Assembly (NCBI GenBank): GCA_965153355.1
Contig: OZ231126.1
Span: 4,588,001-4,652,000 of the forward strand
Source: Flaccisagitta enflata
Lineage: Eukaryota
DNA: 64,000 nt
Direction of reading: 5' to 3'
In this document: one piece after another, positions 1 to 54,748 of the stretch
How the letters are laid out: each line of letters starts with the position of its first letter
How positions within the stretch are numbered: position 1 is the first letter of the stretch
Program-made: the position numbers and the translations under genes
Notes under the pieces: model-generated
Told to the model about the DNA's origin: nothing
The model's input: the letters and a program-made list of their open reading frames with translations, nothing else
Databases searched by the model: none

Positions 1-115
1 AAGGACCATATCCTTGTACGTACCTTTGTTTTTGTTATTGGGCCAATGACCATATCTTTGTACATACCTTTGTTAAGTATTGTTGTTAGGCTAATGACCA
101 TATCCTTGTCCATAC

Positions 116-13178
<13,063 letters not shown>

Positions 13179-14439
13179 GGTACTGGAAAGATCTGACAAT
13201 CAGGCGCATGAGCTGAACACTTTGTTTGTTTGTTTTTCATCAATTCTTTAACTTTAAGAAAATATTTTCCATTCGATTCTCCTTTTAGGATACCGTTCTG
13301 TTTATTTTCTTTGGTTTTGATATGTTGCTCTGTTTCGAATATCTAATACGGTCAATTTTTGCCTTTTCTGTTTTTCTTTCTTCTTTTTTTTTTTTTTTTT
13401 GGCTGACATATGAATCGTGAATATTCTGGTATAACAAGGATTTAGTTTCTTGACTAAAGCACGTTCATGCTTACTCAAAAATTGACGTTTCTGACCAAAG
13501 GCATGTTCACGCTGATCCACAATTCCACATCATGATTATCGTTCACATTCGTAAAAATATGTAAAGTCATATATCTCGAAATTGGTTTACATACAGCAAT
13601 TTGAGTTCACACAAACACAATCATTTTGATGTTGTAGAATTCCAATTTGACCTTCAAAAAAGAGCCCTAACCATCTTGGCGAATAAAACAACAAATTGAG
13701 CTGATTGACAAAGTTTTTATCGGTCGTCTTAATTAAAAGACGATTTAGATTATAAAAACATACAAATTAACTTTTGTGAACCAGTCGCATGTCTGATTCA
13801 GTCGTGATTACTCCCGCCCGCATCAAATTGACTCTTACAGTCTTACTCCAAGTCTTGCCCCTCAAGTTTCCGAATACCAACTCTATTTCCGTCATTCTCT
13901 CTTTTTGACTTTTTGACTCATTGACTCGCTGACTGACTGACTAGTACACGACCTTCTACGCTGTACTGTACATCTTCGTCGGACCGTTGTTACATATCCA
14001 TACATCCGCTCATACGAACGTTATTTGTCTATTCTTTTCATCATTCATGCATGCATGCACGCATGCATTCATTCATTCATTCATTCATTCATTCATTCAT
14101 TCATTCATTCATTCATTCATTCATTCATTCATTGAATACATTCATTCATTCGTTCATTCATTTATTCATTCATATATTCAATCATTCATTCATTCATTCA
14201 TTCATTCATTCATTCATTCATTCATTCATTCATCTATTCATTCATTCATTCATTCATCAATTCATCTATTCATTCATTCATCCATTCATTCTTTCTGGCA
14301 TGATAGCACCCTTTGAACCCAATGGTAGCAAGGGAAAGTAAAACTTTGGGTCCGTTTTTCATAGTGGAGTTAGTGTATGACGCAACATGTAAATTATTGT
14401 CAGTGAAGTAGATCTGATGGTGTTATGATTTGTAACTTT

Positions 14440-16481
14440 TTATACAATCTCGCAAGCTGTTGAACACAAATCGTTTACAAACAGCAACATTTAGGTAGCG
14501 GCTTTTAGCCAATTCCTGGTTTTCTTACTGAAATAGCAGGATTCGAACCCATGAAAATCTTCACTTTCCCTGTTTACCAATGGGTTCAACTCATCAATGA
14601 TTTGATTTGATTTCTTTACGAGCATTGAAAATGAACATAAGATCGAGACTGTTTCAAGGAAAAGAGAAATATCTAATACAACATTAGTTTGTTTAATTAC
14701 ATTTGTAACGGGTGGACTTTTAAAAGGTAGCTTTTGATTTTGATTTTTTTTGATCACTTTTGATTTTTTTGATCACCTTCTCCTAGGTAGAAGATTTTAT
14801 AGGCAATTAGGAACAGTTTTTATATTTTTGAGATAAAGAGCTACCTTTTTTATGTCCACCCGGTATGAAAAAATCAACAATTGACAATTGGCGTATTAAC
14901 ACATGATTAGTGAATAGAAATCCTACTCAAACGTGGAAACAGTAGGGTACAAGAATACAGTAGAGAACATTATCAGCATTTTAAAACGAACTAGAGTTTT
15001 CTAAAAGATCCAAACACTTGATGAGTGTGTTCTCATTCAAACGTCTCTAATTCTTTATCAAGCAATATGTACAACTTCACACTCATTCCCCCTTCCACTT
15101 CAGTCCAGAAAGGAAATTCATTTTTTTTTAATTTCGTCTATCGACGAGTCTGTTTATAGACAAGGAATGAGGATAGTATTGATTATTTCAGTTATGTGTC
15201 CACGACTCTATAACCCATAATGACGGTTGATCGATCGGTCGGTTGGTCCGTTTATCCGTCCGTCCGTCCGCATTTTTATTATCATTCTACCGTTGATAGG
15301 CGGTTTTCACCTCACTGCCCCTGTTCAAAGACTTTACTAGCGTTTTTATCACTTCCCCCACCCAATACCCACCCACTGCGATATCACTTTTGCACACTGG
15401 ATTACCCAAGAGTGTCGTAAGCAATATGTGGATGGTTATGTAGACTGAGTGTGGAATTGTTTTTTACTCTCATGCGCTGTTGATTAAGCACGGAGACTCT
15501 GAAAAGGAACCAAGATGGAAAAATTGTTACTTTCATCAGCCCATAAAAAAAACTGAAATACTGCATCATCTATCATCCCCCCTCAAAAAAAAAAAAAAAA
15601 AAAGACTTAGATGAGGTTGGATTGCATCATTTCGAAATAAAAAGCCACTCTTTACACCTGTCATATTCCCTTTTCTTTTCAATCCTGCCATTTTTCACCT
15701 GTCATGTTCCCTTGTCTTTTCCATCCTGCGTCGCATTGACAAGTCATGTTTCCTCCATTTAAGGTACATGTTCCAAACCCACACGGATTTGGTTGGCATT
15801 CAGAAACGCATTTGAGTTTTTCAACATCAACGGACCAAAAAGAACTACGACCTGCGGAACTGCGACACCTCACGCGCAAGGAGGAACCACTGGATGGGAT
15901 GGATGGATGGATGGATGGATGGATGGATGGATGGATGGATGATTGGTTGGATGGATGGATTGTTGGATGGATGGATGGATGGAAAATTGATGAAGGGGTG
16001 GATGGAAGGAGAGATTGACGATTGAATAGATGATGGAATGAATGGATGGATGGCAAAATAGATGGTTGGTTGGGTGGATGGACCGAAGAAAAGATTGATG
16101 GATGGATTGATGGATGGATTAATGGCAGAATAAGTTGTCGGGAGTATAGATGGAAATGTGGATGGATGAATGGAACGAATGATGATTGAAACGGTTCATC
16201 GTTGGATGGAGTGATTAAGAGATGAATAGAAGCAGAAATGAGAAAGCAGAAAGAAAACTGTCCTCAAACAGTTTTCTTGATTTTTGATGTACATGATGTT
16301 CTTTGGTCCAGTAAAGATGACGTCAAAGATAATCAAAATTACTCACTATGTTTGAGGAGCCCATGAGGTAGAAAGAAGCTTATTCACCAGGCGGTATCCT
16401 GTCGTGCAAAGAGAGATGAAGAAGAAGAAGAAGAAGAAGAAGAAGAAGAAGAAGAAGAAGAAGAAGAAGAAGAAGGAGAAG

Positions 16482-16570
<89 letters not shown>

Positions 16571-19094
16571 AGTTCAATAATGAGATAGAGGCATAAAGCT
16601 AGAGAGTCAGAGAGACTGACAGACTGACAGATGGACACACAGACAGACATACACTGAGAGATTCAATTTTCTCTAACCTTTTTGATCATTTTAAGCATAG
16701 ATAGTCTTTCGATATTAGCGTCTTTCAAGTCTTATTCATTGTCATTGTAATTCCTCACGAAAATCATTTTCATAATCGAAACATGATTCATACCAGCATT
16801 ACAAGTGATCGTGCATTTTGTTCCAACTGACAACGTGTCATTTGTCGGGCAATCCCAAGTCCCTTCTTCGATGGTTGGAAGTATTGTCAAACATGATGAT
16901 ACAGCCTGCATGAAATTTGTCATTAGTAAATTGTAAATTGTCATTTGTCTTTCTTGTTTGTCTTTTGTCATTTGTCATTTGTCGGGTAATCCTAAAATCC
17001 TTCTTCGATGGTTGGAAGTATTGTCGGAAAAAATTTCTAAGACGATACAGATCTTTTGTTTCTTTCGGGTTTCCCCGCTTGGGCGAAGCTTTAATTCAAG
17101 TAGATTCGGGTTGAAATGTATAAGACCCAGCCCTCACCTAGCCCTAACGCTATCGCTAACCCTAACCCTAACCCTAAAACCACCCCCGACCCCAACCTTA
17201 ACCCTAACCCTACCCCTAACCCTAAATAAAAAAAACGCTTAGAAAGTCAGTAAAACAAAAGACATCACCGAATTCGAAAACAGCACCGTATTGTCAAACA
17301 TGATGAAACAGCCTGCATGAAAGTTGTTTTTGTCAATTGTAGATTGTCATTTGTGTTTTGTTGTTTGTCATTTGTCATTTGTCCTTTGTGGTCTGTCTTT
17401 TGTCATTTGTCATTTGTTGGGCAATCCCAAGATCCTTCTTTGATGGTTGGAAGGATTGTCAAACATGACAAAACAGCCTGCATGAAAGTTGTCATTAGTC
17501 AATTGTAGATTGTCATTTGTGTTTTGTCGTTTGTCTTCTGTCATTTGTCCTTCTTCAATGGTTGGAAGGATTGTCAAACATGTGGAAACAGCCTGCATGA
17601 AATTTGTCATATGTCAATTAACATTTGTGTTTTGTCTTACAAAGTGAAAAACCCCTTTGAGAACAATGATTGTTTCTCCGATAAATTTCTAACTCTAATC
17701 CAAAACACATCATAAAACAAATGGATTGAAATTAAGGTCGTAGGAAAAGTATAGAAGCCATGCCTGATTTTTCTCAAATGGATATGCTTATACACCAAAT
17801 CAGTCTATCTTGGGAAGAATATAAGGTTGCTATACAGTATGTAAGCCCTTTTGATATCTAATATTCTTTAAGTAAAAACAAAAGCCCTCATATCTGTTCA
17901 AAAATACTAATCTAATAGAGGTATTTCTGATGATTACTTCTTTAACAAAAAGATAGGGGTTACAGCCTTAAATTGGATTTGTAAGTATATGAGCGGAAGC
18001 ATATACTGTGCAGAGATGAAGTAACTTTTGAAGTTTTTGACAAGTCATCTTTTGAACTATATTTTTCAATTTTTGTTGCACATGTCATAAGAATGTTTAT
18101 TGAATTGGTTGTTTGTCAACTACACTTTGCCTCTTTGGATATAAATTAGTTTTACAGATTTTCTTTTTTCTTGTTTTAGGTTTTCCCCTTTGAATTATGC
18201 TTTGAAATGGCCATTTAAAGACCCAGTTTCATTTATTTGACTACATAAAATCCACACCATATCGCAAACAGGTGGACAAGGGCTGTGATGAAATAGGCTA
18301 ACTCACAGACACACATAGGATGCCCATATTTTAAGAAGATAATGTGTTTGTTTTGGAAGCATAATTCGTTGATCAATGTTGATCAGGCAAACCTCGTTAT
18401 ATTTTGGTGGTACGCAGGCTTCAGTCTCTTGATTCCATTGATAATCAGCTGGAGTACAATTGACTTTGAGCCCAACTCCGTGTTGATGGCAAAAGTAATA
18501 AGCATTTGCATCTTCGGGGTCGTCATAGAATCCCGTCACCTGTAATAGATGTAATTTTGTTTTTAAGTCGCGTGCACGCGACTCTACAACCTGCTTTGTC
18601 GGTTCGTCCATCCATCCGTCCATCGGTCCGTCCATCGGTCCGTCCGTCACACTTTACTTTTTTCGGGTTTTTATGGTCTGTTGCCTCACTGCTCCTGCCC
18701 AAATGATGAAGTGACCTCAAATACAGCCCCTGCCCACCCGCACGCGACTGGGGTTGCCGTGTATCTGGCCTTGTTAGTTGCGGACACGCAAATTTATAAG
18801 AGGCTTTGTCCGTTCATCTTTCCGTTGGTCCGTCGGCGTTATAACCCATAACTAAAGTTTGTATTTGCAGAGCGAATAGGACAATGGCCTAGCCCAAGAT
18901 GATTTCCAGGTAGTATTGCCCTATGTGCCAAAATTCCCCCCTACCCCCTTGCCCCCTCCCGCCCCCTCCTGTCCTCTGACCTGAACATCTTTGCAACGAT
19001 CTGGCTTCTTGCTTAATCCATTTCCTTTGATGAGGCACAAATTGTAGCAAAGGAAGATCAAAGCCAAATATGGGCATAATGACAAAAGAGACAT
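14440..19094 (-). CDS. Secreted protein: signal peptide + chitin-binding type-2 (CBM14/peritrophin-A-like) + Sushi/CCP + EGF-like domain, 210 aa
   Basis: Exons 19094-18981, 18539-18393, 16905-16794, 16398-16347, 15889-15699, 14456-14440 total 633 nt in one frame. Motifs: signal [25 protein letters not shown]...[15 protein letters not shown]...[15 protein letters not shown]; Sushi C...[14 protein letters not shown]...C...W...[15 protein letters not shown]...CQCDAGW...C. Confidence 0.8.
17140..17225. repeat. Interstitial (CCCTAA)n telomere-like repeat inside a small insertion (also ~53100-53132)
   Basis: Degenerate CCCTAA units. Confidence 0.7.
18560..18775 (+). mobile_element. Short HINE-like element (representative; further copies near 10810, 23040, 25936, 28091, 29441, 31825, 34386, 38170, 45555, 47841, 48196, 52590, 60856)
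   Basis: TTTTTAAGTCGCGTGCACGCGACTCTA 5' hairpin, (CCGT/GGTC)n, 3' CACGCGACT sub-TIR and GCCGTGTATCTGGCCTTGTT stem-loop; no clear TSD, T-rich flanks. Confidence 0.7.
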
Positions 19095-21052
19095 TTTTGA
19101 CCTGTAATTTGGAGAATCAGAAAGAAGGATAATTATTTCTGCGTTTCTAGGTCGCACATGCGCGTCTGTATATGACACTTTGTCTGTCAGTTTATCGGTT
19201 TGTCCGTCCGTCTGTCTGTAAAACTTGGTTTGTTTTTTTGTTTCTGTTTCTTTATGGTTTTGTTTTTTGTTACTTTTTGTTTTGTTTTTTTGTTTTCTTT
19301 TTTTTTTTTGGAGGGGGGGGGGAGCTTTTTTTTTATAGTAACTTGCGTCACTGCCCCACCCTAAACCTCTGATATGCTTCGGCAAAACTGCCTTTGTCCA
19401 TCCGCATGTGTTAAGACTCTTTGACTCAAGAACTGTCACGTATTGGGTTGGGTTGTGTTGAAAAGCTGTAAAAGTTGCGTAATCTATATCGTGATAAACA
19501 TGCACAAACGAGGCTCACCAGAAATAGAAATGCTCTTTTTCAATTATTCACTTGGCATTTGACAAAAGTAGTGGAGAAAATCCTAATCAAAGATATGATT
19601 TGGGGACAGAAAGTGCTCAAGAGGAAGAGGAAGAGGAAGTAGAAGAGGAAGAGGAAGAGGAGGATGAAGATGAAGGTTGGGAGGAGGACAGGGTGGGAAA
19701 GGGACGAAAGGGGGATACGGAGACATCGCGACTATTTGGTTTAATTAACCAAGGGATTGTCTTATGATAGACGAATAGACTGAAATTGTCATTGATGTAT
19801 GCCTATCTGCGAAATAATGTTGGCTGCTAATATCATCAATTTTAAAGTTTTTTTAAAAACATGATGCCAGAGCAGACTATTTTCATGCTGTATCTACCGC
19901 TTTTGAATCTATGCAGTTTAAATACCTTTGATGGTCATCCCACCAAATGAGAAGCGCTTCCTTATCCTTAATCAAAATTGAACGATATAAATTTTTCATA
20001 GTAGATGATCTTATTCATTTTGAGAATAGAATAGAATTGAATAATAAGAAGCTATCATTTGGTTCTGATAACGTAGTAGGAATAAAAACAAATATTAGAT
20101 ACGTGAGAGGCTTTCATTGGGAATTTAGATGAAAAAATCCGATTTGTATTTACGAATTTTTGGATCAGTTAAGTAAAGGAAGGTTAAGTAAAGGAAGGTG
20201 AATGGCCTGGACATAAGACAGAGATTAGATCATTCATACGGTTTATACCAAAGATCGATCAAATAAAGAGTATGGTACATTTGTGAAAAAAAAAACCCTT
20301 ATACTTCTGGTTACACCCTGCTATAACGGACTCTAGAGTTACTGAAATCTGCCTATAAAGGATATGAAAAATTGGACCCTTGAAATGATTTTTTTTAAAC
20401 TTACAGTGGCAATAATGACAAATATGGTTGGTCCTTTGATATCGTTTCTTACGGGTTCATATGAGATGAAATATGCAACAAAAGGTAAAAATGTTTATTT
20501 GAAGAGAATTCTGTTATGAAACACTTTAGCAAAATTTGTTGAATATTTTGAACTAGTAAAATACGAAAAACTGAATTTCTGTAAAGCATATATATTGTTT
20601 GTTTTCACACATCAAATGTAAAGAGCAGGATAAAATAACAAAATAAAGTATAACATTGAAACGCAAACAAAATTACAGATGATTGGACATAAGACTTAAT
20701 CAGATAGGACGAGATGAAGACGGGGGAAGTGGGGGACGAGAGGCACTTCGTAGCCAGCACTGCACTTGCGGAGAAATTTGTGTTTATGTTCCCACTCATA
20801 TACATACAAATCCAAACATAGGCAATTATAGATATGATAACACCTGTGCAACAATTATTGGGATAATGAGTGAAAAGTATACAAATTTAAGTTGTTTTGT
20901 CAGAATAGCTGTAGTAATTTGTTTAATTGGGTATTGGGTTAAGTATTTCAAGCCTATAAACAAAACTTTTGTAGAGTTATAACCATAATTGTCACTCAAA
21001 TTGCATTGATGACAGTGGAGAAATTTTCTTTCTACTTCAGGTGGGTAGAGGC

Positions 21053-21099
<47 letters not shown>

Positions 21100-21106
21100 T
21101 ACAAAA

Positions 21107-21180
<74 letters not shown>

Positions 21181-21863
21181 AGAGAGATAGAGAGACAGAG
21201 AGAGACAGACAGAGACAGCGAGAGACAGAGAGAGAGACAGGGAGAGATAATGATTACTAATCACAGACTTAAATCAAATGCACAATTTGCCCTTTAATTC
21301 ATCCGTCTAAGAAACTGCGTATCTAGTTTCATGTATTTTATCAATGTGCTGTTCAATACCCCTGCCCTTTTGCCCCATCTTGTCCAACCTGTCCATATTG
21401 TTGACAATTTATTTGAAAGTCTTGTTGTCCTCAAGTAGACGGATGACTTTCTTCCCTTCTCTGTTCTCACTTCCTTACAACTTTTTCCCTTTTTTCCAGC
21501 TTCTCCACTTTTTCTGGAAATTCATCTCTCATCGACTAGGAAAGGATTAAAACTAGAAAGTGATCGATTTTCGCAAGAAATTCGATGGTAAGTTAAGAGA
21601 TATCTTTTTCTTTTTATCTTTCTTTCTTTTTCCTCACTTTTGGAAACGAAATGACAGAATTTAGCGATCTTGTTCTTCATTGCAGGCCGTGAGCAAATAA
21701 ACAAGTGTGCCAAAGATGTAATGATGCGTGCACGTGCACAGACATGATGCGTGCACACGCACAGACATGATGTGTGCACACGCTTTAACTTACCGATTGA
21801 CAAACACACACGTTCATACCCTCGTGCATACTCAAAACGTAAAGGGAACATCTATCTGCACAT

Positions 21864-22017
<154 letters not shown>

Positions 22018-22306
22018 AGAGAGAGTGAGATGAGAGAAGATACTGTTTATCTCGTTTGCCAGTAATATGGTTCTTTTAATCGGTTTCTCCAGTGTTTCAA
22101 TTTTCCAGCAATTGATACGTCCTTCGTCTATACATGGTCTGTCCTCTCTCCGACCCTCCTTCATCCGTCCTTCTTCCATCCTTCATCCATTCCTACTTCG
22201 CCTCATGGTACTCCGTCAGTCCGTCCGTCCGTCCGTCCGTCATTTATCCATCTGTCTTTTGTCTATCCCTCTTTTTTTTTCTATCCTTCTTCTTTCCGGT
22301 CAGATT

Positions 22307-22362
<56 letters not shown>

Positions 22363-23479
22363 TGTGGTCACGTGAAATATGTGGCAGTCCAATCACCCTT
22401 TCCTTTGTCCGTGCATATGACCTGTCTCATGACAGTCCGTTTGTCCCTGTGTCGGTGCATCTGAATAGAATTAGAGGACGTAAATCATTCTCAATGGACC
22501 ATTATTCAGTTTTCTGCTTAAAAAAGTTTAAACGGATTTTCAGCGTGCAACGGAAAGAACATATGTCAGCTAAAAGCTAAAAGCGTTTGTTAAATCAAAA
22601 TACGTTTCTAAAGAACTTATAAAGCGAAACTAGTCAAACGTTTCACCATGTTTTATTGCTTTAAGTCGTGGACTTAACATCATTCATTTTACTACAACAC
22701 ACCATTGAAAATCAGACTCATTTTTTTCGAAAGAACAGATGTGAAGGGCTATCTAGTCCCATTCCAGATGTACAGCCAGTGGACAAAAACAAATTTGTGC
22801 ATATAATTGGTTTTGATCTGAACCATTTCTGATAAACAAAATATTGTGTATTACAATTGCTTCATTACCAGTGAGTTTGATTGTTGCTGATAATACAATG
22901 TGTACAACAAAAGTGTTTTGTCCACTGACCGTGTCATGAGTTACCTTGTTCATATCCGGATGTCAATGGCTACCTTGTCTTGATGAAAACGGCTTCCTTG
23001 CTGGTGGGTGATCGCTGATCAGAGGCAGTCCAAGTCCAAGAACATGGCCTCCCCAGTCGCGTGCGGACGGGCATGGGCAGTGGCAAAAAAAAAAACAAAA
23101 CAAAAAACAAAACAAAAACAAAAACAAAAACAGAAACAAAAACAAAAACAAAAACAAAAAAAAAAAAGAAAAAGACAAAAACAAAAACAAAAACAAAAAC
23201 GTTGGATAGGGGATACACAATTATCCCATTCGCGCACGGGTGGACAGAGGCCATATTTGAGCTGGAGCAGTGAGGCCAAAGACATAAAGAAAGTAAAACG
23301 TGACGGACCAACCAATGGATGCATGGATGGACAGACGGACGTACAAAGCGTTAGTAAAATGACAACACGACAATTCTATAGACGCCTGCATAATGACAAG
23401 GTTGGGCAGAAAATGGCAAGGGTGAGTAGGGATGGCAGAGTGGCAAAGGGTGGGCAGGGACAATTAAACAAAAGGATAC

Positions 23480-23655
23480 TACCATTGAACCTTGCAATAA
23501 TGGATATCAATGGACCAACCAATTCTATCTTTTATAGGCGGATTTTTGTTATTGTCAACATAGAAAATAAAAAGAAAGAACATGAAAAGACTATGATTAT
23601 GTACCCATTTCTGTTTCAGTTACTCTTGGGTCCGTTATAGCGGGGTGTAACTGTA
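23480..23655. mobile_element. Pogo/Tigger-like MITE fragment (related pieces near 10940-11110 and 20310-20460)
   Basis: TIR-like GGGTCCGTTATAGCGGGGTGTAACTG|TA shared among three loci. Confidence 0.45.
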
Positions 23656-24234
23656 AACCATATTCATTTGGATAAGAGAATCACTGCGCCTTCTTCAATA
23701 TAACAGGGTCGATATAAATGTGACAATGGACGGACATACGGACAGATAAATGAACGGACAAACGGACAGACGATTGAACGGACGGACGGACAGATGAATA
23801 GCAAACTGATCGAAAAGCAGACGTTTCCTTACAAGTCACTCAGTTGCAACACAAATAAAACCTTCTAATCGAAGAATAGAATTTCTCTTTCCCTCCTTTG
23901 CTCCTTTGTATTCGTTTTCCATGCAAATCATTATGTTAATTGGGAAAAATGATTTGTTTGCAGATTAGATTTTCTTGCGCGTTTTGGGTTGATACTAAAG
24001 AAATACAGTTAAAAAAGTTCTTTGGTGCTTAAAGAGAATTGGTTACTCTTTTGTGATTCCCAAATGTTTTTTTAAAGTTAGAAAGCGTTTTTCTTCAAAT
24101 TGTTCTAAACAAATAAATTGTTTATGCCTTTCACGCACTTCTTGCTTCGATAATTTTGTCTAGATGGAACCATTGAAAATTTTGGATGCGAAGAAATTTG
24201 ACGAAAGTTGCGTCAAAATTTTCGCGTTTTCACG

Positions 24235-52412
<28,178 letters not shown>

Positions 52413-53968
52413 ACATGTATGACAGAAAATCATATTCATTTGTCAAATCATCTAATCATTGACCTGAATCTTTTAAATCATAATTAAAACAATAAGAGCT
52501 TGAATTGATTGATTAAATTGTAAGAGCTGTAGATTTTGTTTTTAACGATATTTCTTAAATTGAACATGAGTGAGATTATCATTTTTTTTTTGTCGCGTGC
52601 TGCGCTTAGTCAGACGGTCAGTTGGTTGGTCCCCCTTTCATTTTTTTGGGCGTTTTTGAGCTTTTTGAGCTCACTGCTCCTGCTCAAATGCCCAAGTAAC
52701 ATTTTCTATCACTGCCCCCGATTGGTGGGCAGGGGTGTACGTGTACCCACCCCCCTCACTGCAAACGCAAACAAAGCTTGGGCATTTGAAATGCGCGTTT
52801 TCACACTTTCCAACTGGGTCATCAGGGACAAATTGACCCCTGTCATGGACCAAAAGACAAACCAAATGACAAAGCCTCTTAAAGAATCGCGAGTCCGTGA
52901 CTCAAAACACGAAAACAATTGGTTTTTGATCGATGTTTAACTGAAATATAAAAGAATGGAAGGACAACATATGAGTCAGTATTCAGGGCAGATTCGTTGA
53001 TTAGAGAATTCAACTTCTTTCTATTTAATAGACATTCAGGGTAAAATCCTATAACTCGAAACTGGTGTTGTGCACTTGTTTTTTCCTGTATTCATAAACT
53101 AAACCCTAGCCCTAACCCTACCTTACCCCTAACAAATAATAGTATCAGAAACATTTAGAAATGGCGGAATAGTCTATTGATGAGAAAATCAAAAGATGAG
53201 AACAGTCTCACAAATAAAAGACAATTATAAGTATTTGATCTGATTACAACACTTCACACATACAAATTTGAGTTTTGGAAATCATCACTTTACTGATAAA
53301 TATAAATGGATGGCAAGTTATGGATGGAGAGAGTCCATGTAAAAATGCTGCATGAAGGCCATTTAGCGGTGGAAATGCTTAAAGATCAATTAAAAGGTAT
53401 GAAGCGCTGCTTAAATATGCATTGAGATGATAATCATGGAAAAAATATTCACATTTAAGGGAGCGCAAGATAAATCATTTTTACGTTTGCCAGGGTGGCT
53501 GAAATTAGCCAAGATTTTACTTCCTTCCGCAAAAATGTTTTTTCTTCGCAAAAGTGCTTTCAAATGAGCCATTTCCTGTCTTTCAAATCGATTTGGAATT
53601 ACGTTATCATGACTCTGAAGTTTCCATAGATATATAAGACTGTCAAAATTTGCATAATGAAATCAATGATTGCAATAATTATTCTAATGCAAACTTAAAC
53701 CACACCCTAACGATGGTTTCTGGACAAATTGACAGTTCTGCAATGGATCATTTGAAAGAATTTTTGCAAAGGAAAAACATTTTTGTAGGGGGAAGTTCAC
53801 TCTTGGCTTTTCTAGGCACTGTGGCAAACATAATCATTCTTTTAAGTTTTTACATTGAAAGACAACACTATCTAATCATGTTTTCTTTTAGAAATTTAAC
53901 TGCCCCTCACGAAAAATAAACAAAGCTCTAGATCAACAGAAATTGGTATTGACAGCTTTTAACATTTA

Positions 53969-54748
53969 CAGTATGATTTTTCTCAACTGCAACATAAGAT
54001 GAGGACATAACGCAAAAACTAGAAGAGCTAGCCAAATTCTGAAAGAAGCCCCTGAAAGATGAGAGTTTGCAGTTTTTTGTTGGGAAATTCCAGGAACTTA
54101 TTCTTTAAATTTGTTCCTTTTTAGAAATTTTGAATTAAAAGGCATATTCTGCATAAAAGGCGATTTTATTATGATGTTAGTTGAACTGCCTTCCTTTAGA
54201 ATGCTTTTACTCTTAAATGGATTGAGCTACTGATTCCTGATTGGTCTCAAATGAATGATATTTTGTTGTAGTTTAAGGAGCAAAAGAGAGGGAAAATATA
54301 TTTTCAAAGATTTATCATGCCAGGCATAAATTGTTTTGTTTTGTTTTTTGGAAAATTTTTTGCCGAATTGACTTTCAATTGACCAAATGCATTCAAGACT
54401 AAAGATAAGTATGTCTGTCGAGTTTTAACCAAAAACTACTTCAAGATGTCTTTCATTTGAGACCAATCTGGCATCTGTAGCTTAAATCGTTTAGAAATGA
54501 GAGCAATTTGAAGAAAAACAGTTCAGCCAATATCTCTTTAATTTTCCTTAATTTTTAACTTTGCAGAATTTCATCAATAATGGCACAAACATCAGGAAGA
54601 TCATATTTTTTTCCAGAAAATCCTTCAAATCTTTCAGCAAAAAACTGCAAACTCTTATCTTTCAGGGTCTTCTTTCAGAATTTGGCTAGCTTGTCTAGTT
54701 TTTGCGTGATGTCCTCATCTTTTGTTGCAGTTGAGAAAAATCATACTG
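53969..54748. mobile_element. Tc1/mariner-like MITE
   Basis: TA|CAGTATGATTTTTCTCAACTGCAAC ... GTTGCAGTTGAGAAAAATCATACTG|TA; ~110-bp TIR; TA TSD. Confidence 0.75.

Noticed and set aside
17140-17225. Telomere or chromosome-fusion relic
   Set aside because: Short, degenerate and embedded in a small intronic insertion; typical of repeat-borne interstitial TTAGGG.
21345-21540. Coding-like K/E-rich stretch on the minus strand
   Set aside because: Stops in all frames and no recognisable motif.
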